From Octopus sinensis (Eukaryota): a DNA stretch of 42,361 bases. Shown here one piece after another: positions 40,439 to 42,361 of the stretch. The first letter of the stretch is position 1. Every line of letters begins with the position of its first letter. A program made the translations under genes and the position numbers. The notes under the pieces are model-generated. The model ran no database searches. It saw nothing but the letters and a program-made list of their open reading frames with translations, and was not told where the DNA came from. The DNA lies in assembly GCF_006345805.1 (NCBI RefSeq), contig NW_021835144.1, forward strand, positions 1 to 42,361, written 5' to 3'.

Positions 40439-40647
40439 ACATACATACATACACATGTACACAATACATACACGTATACATGTTCGTACAAACGCTCTCA
40501 TAGGCGTATACATAAATGCAGAACCATACACACGTACACATGCACTCGAATAGAAAAAGCTGGCATGAAACCCAGGATATATAGAGCCATTACACTAATA
40601 GACACACACACACACACACACACACTCACACACGCACGCACGCACGC

Positions 40648-40684
<37 letters not shown>

Positions 40685-41500
40685 TGTATATATATGCACA
40701 TATGCATACATATACATATGGTTTTAAACAAAGAAATAAGCATGCCTGCGTAGTCCTTACATAAATACTTAAAGTATAATTGGTGTTAACTTTATTTAAT
40801 TATATATTTTTTACGTTTAATTCACGACTAGCTGGTCTGTTTACCAATTTAATAGTGTTTGAGATTTTCTGATACCTCCTCCCCGCAGTAATTAGAGTTG
40901 CGTGCATTAAATGTTCAATGCTGAGAGGAAAACGATTTAATTTTCGACCACACATGTGGCCATCTTTGGAGAAATGTTGGAAGGTTTCTGTTTGTTATTT
41001 TTTGTTTGTTTGTTGTTACTGTTTTGTCTTTTTGTTTTGTTTTGTTTTATTTTTGTTTATAGTGTACTGCATGAGTTGGCAAAAAGCATTAAAACATGGA
41101 GTTAAATATTTGATTTAGGCACCAACAAGCTGTCGTTCTTCGTCAGGGATTGCTAAACCTCCTAGAAATAGCAGCCAAATCTACTTCAAGTCACATATCA
41201 AAATAAAGGACATATTAAATAATGTAGTTTTAAGTAGTTCTAAAAAAACGATGCAATGGTCATAGTTGGAATGTCTTTTACTTATAAGTATGTCAGGTTA
41301 AGATTATCAAAGTGATAAACAACCATAGTAACAAGAATGATTAGATTCATCACCATTCGTTCAGTAGTTCAAATATATATATATCACGTGACGTCACGTG
41401 ACCGACCAGACCATCAGATGTTGCTACACATCGCTGGTCACAATGCGTTCGCATTGTTTTAGCCTTCGAACGACGCCATCCCGCTGGCTAAGCGAGCAGG

Positions 41501-41537
<37 letters not shown>

Positions 41538-41570
41538 ATATATATATATATATATATGAGTGTATGTATC

Positions 41571-41632
<62 letters not shown>

Positions 41633-41635
<3 letters not shown>

Positions 41636-42361
41636 TTATATATATAAAACTGAGAATGTGTGTCTGTCTGTCTGTCTGTGGTGTGTTTTCCTAAAACTTG
41701 AGAACTACACAACCAATTTCATTCAAATTTTACATATGCCTTACTTAGGGTCCGGGGAGTGTCATCGACAAAAGAAATGTTCAACTTCTTGCCTAGAGCG
41801 GGCCCACAGCAATAACATATCTTCTCCACTACGATTCCCTAAAACTTGAGAACTACACAACCAATTTCATTCAAATTTTACACATGCCTTACTTAGAGTC
41901 CATGTAGTTTCATGGGCAAAAGAAATGTTCAACTTCTTGCCTAGAGCGGGCCCATAGCAATATCATATCTTTTCCACTATTTCAGTATTACGTGTTAAAA
42001 GTGAAGCAAAAATATTTCTCTATTTTATGTCAGATGCTTTCACTTTAACAATAAAAATAATAATAACAATTGAATTATATGTAGTAAGTAATAATTAAAA
42101 TCAAACTAAAGTATAATATAAGTAAAAATAGCAATTGGTATAAAATTGCATCAATGATTTGAACTTGAATAAGTGGTTTCACATGAATGGGAATTAAATT
42201 AAAAATAAAATTAGCGTGCAGAAATGGAATAGTCCAGATGGATAATAAAAAATTAAATTAAAGAAAAGACTATTGTCTGTAAAGTATACAATGTAGAGAA
42301 AAAAAGAAGAGCTAACAATTCCAGTCTGTTATATATTTTGAGTATTGTTATCACTAGCGAT
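41633..42361 (+). mobile_element. Non-autonomous Helitron-like element, 5' part, with 148-bp internal tandem duplication
   Basis: Starts TCTTTATATATATAAAA after (TA)n, followed by (GTCT)n; 41690-41831 is repeated at 41838-41979; no 3' CTRR end identified. Confidence 0.55.

Overview
Repeat-saturated animal genomic DNA, probably a coleoid cephalopod such as Octopus (inferred from microsatellite load and SINE types, not verified). The only host gene I can support is a divergent calmodulin on +. It has two GT-AG exons at canonical calmodulin intron positions (15830-15973 and 37917-38159) separated by a 21,943-bp intron; its first and last coding exons were not found. The rest is microsatellites, at least four tRNA-derived SINE families, decayed LINE fragments (L1/Tx1-like, R4/Dong-like, RTE-like), Penelope-like and Helitron-like remnants. 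The main unannotated signal is nine minimal type-I hammerhead ribozyme motifs from several unrelated repeat families, all found by eye inside the calmodulin intron. They have palindromic stem III and several core variants (U3:A8, C4, extra A after A9). One lies in a ~361-bp retrozyme-like unit arranged as an inverted copy plus a partial tandem (31468-32292). Nearly all supplied ORFs are microsatellite artefacts. Repeat boundaries are approximate.
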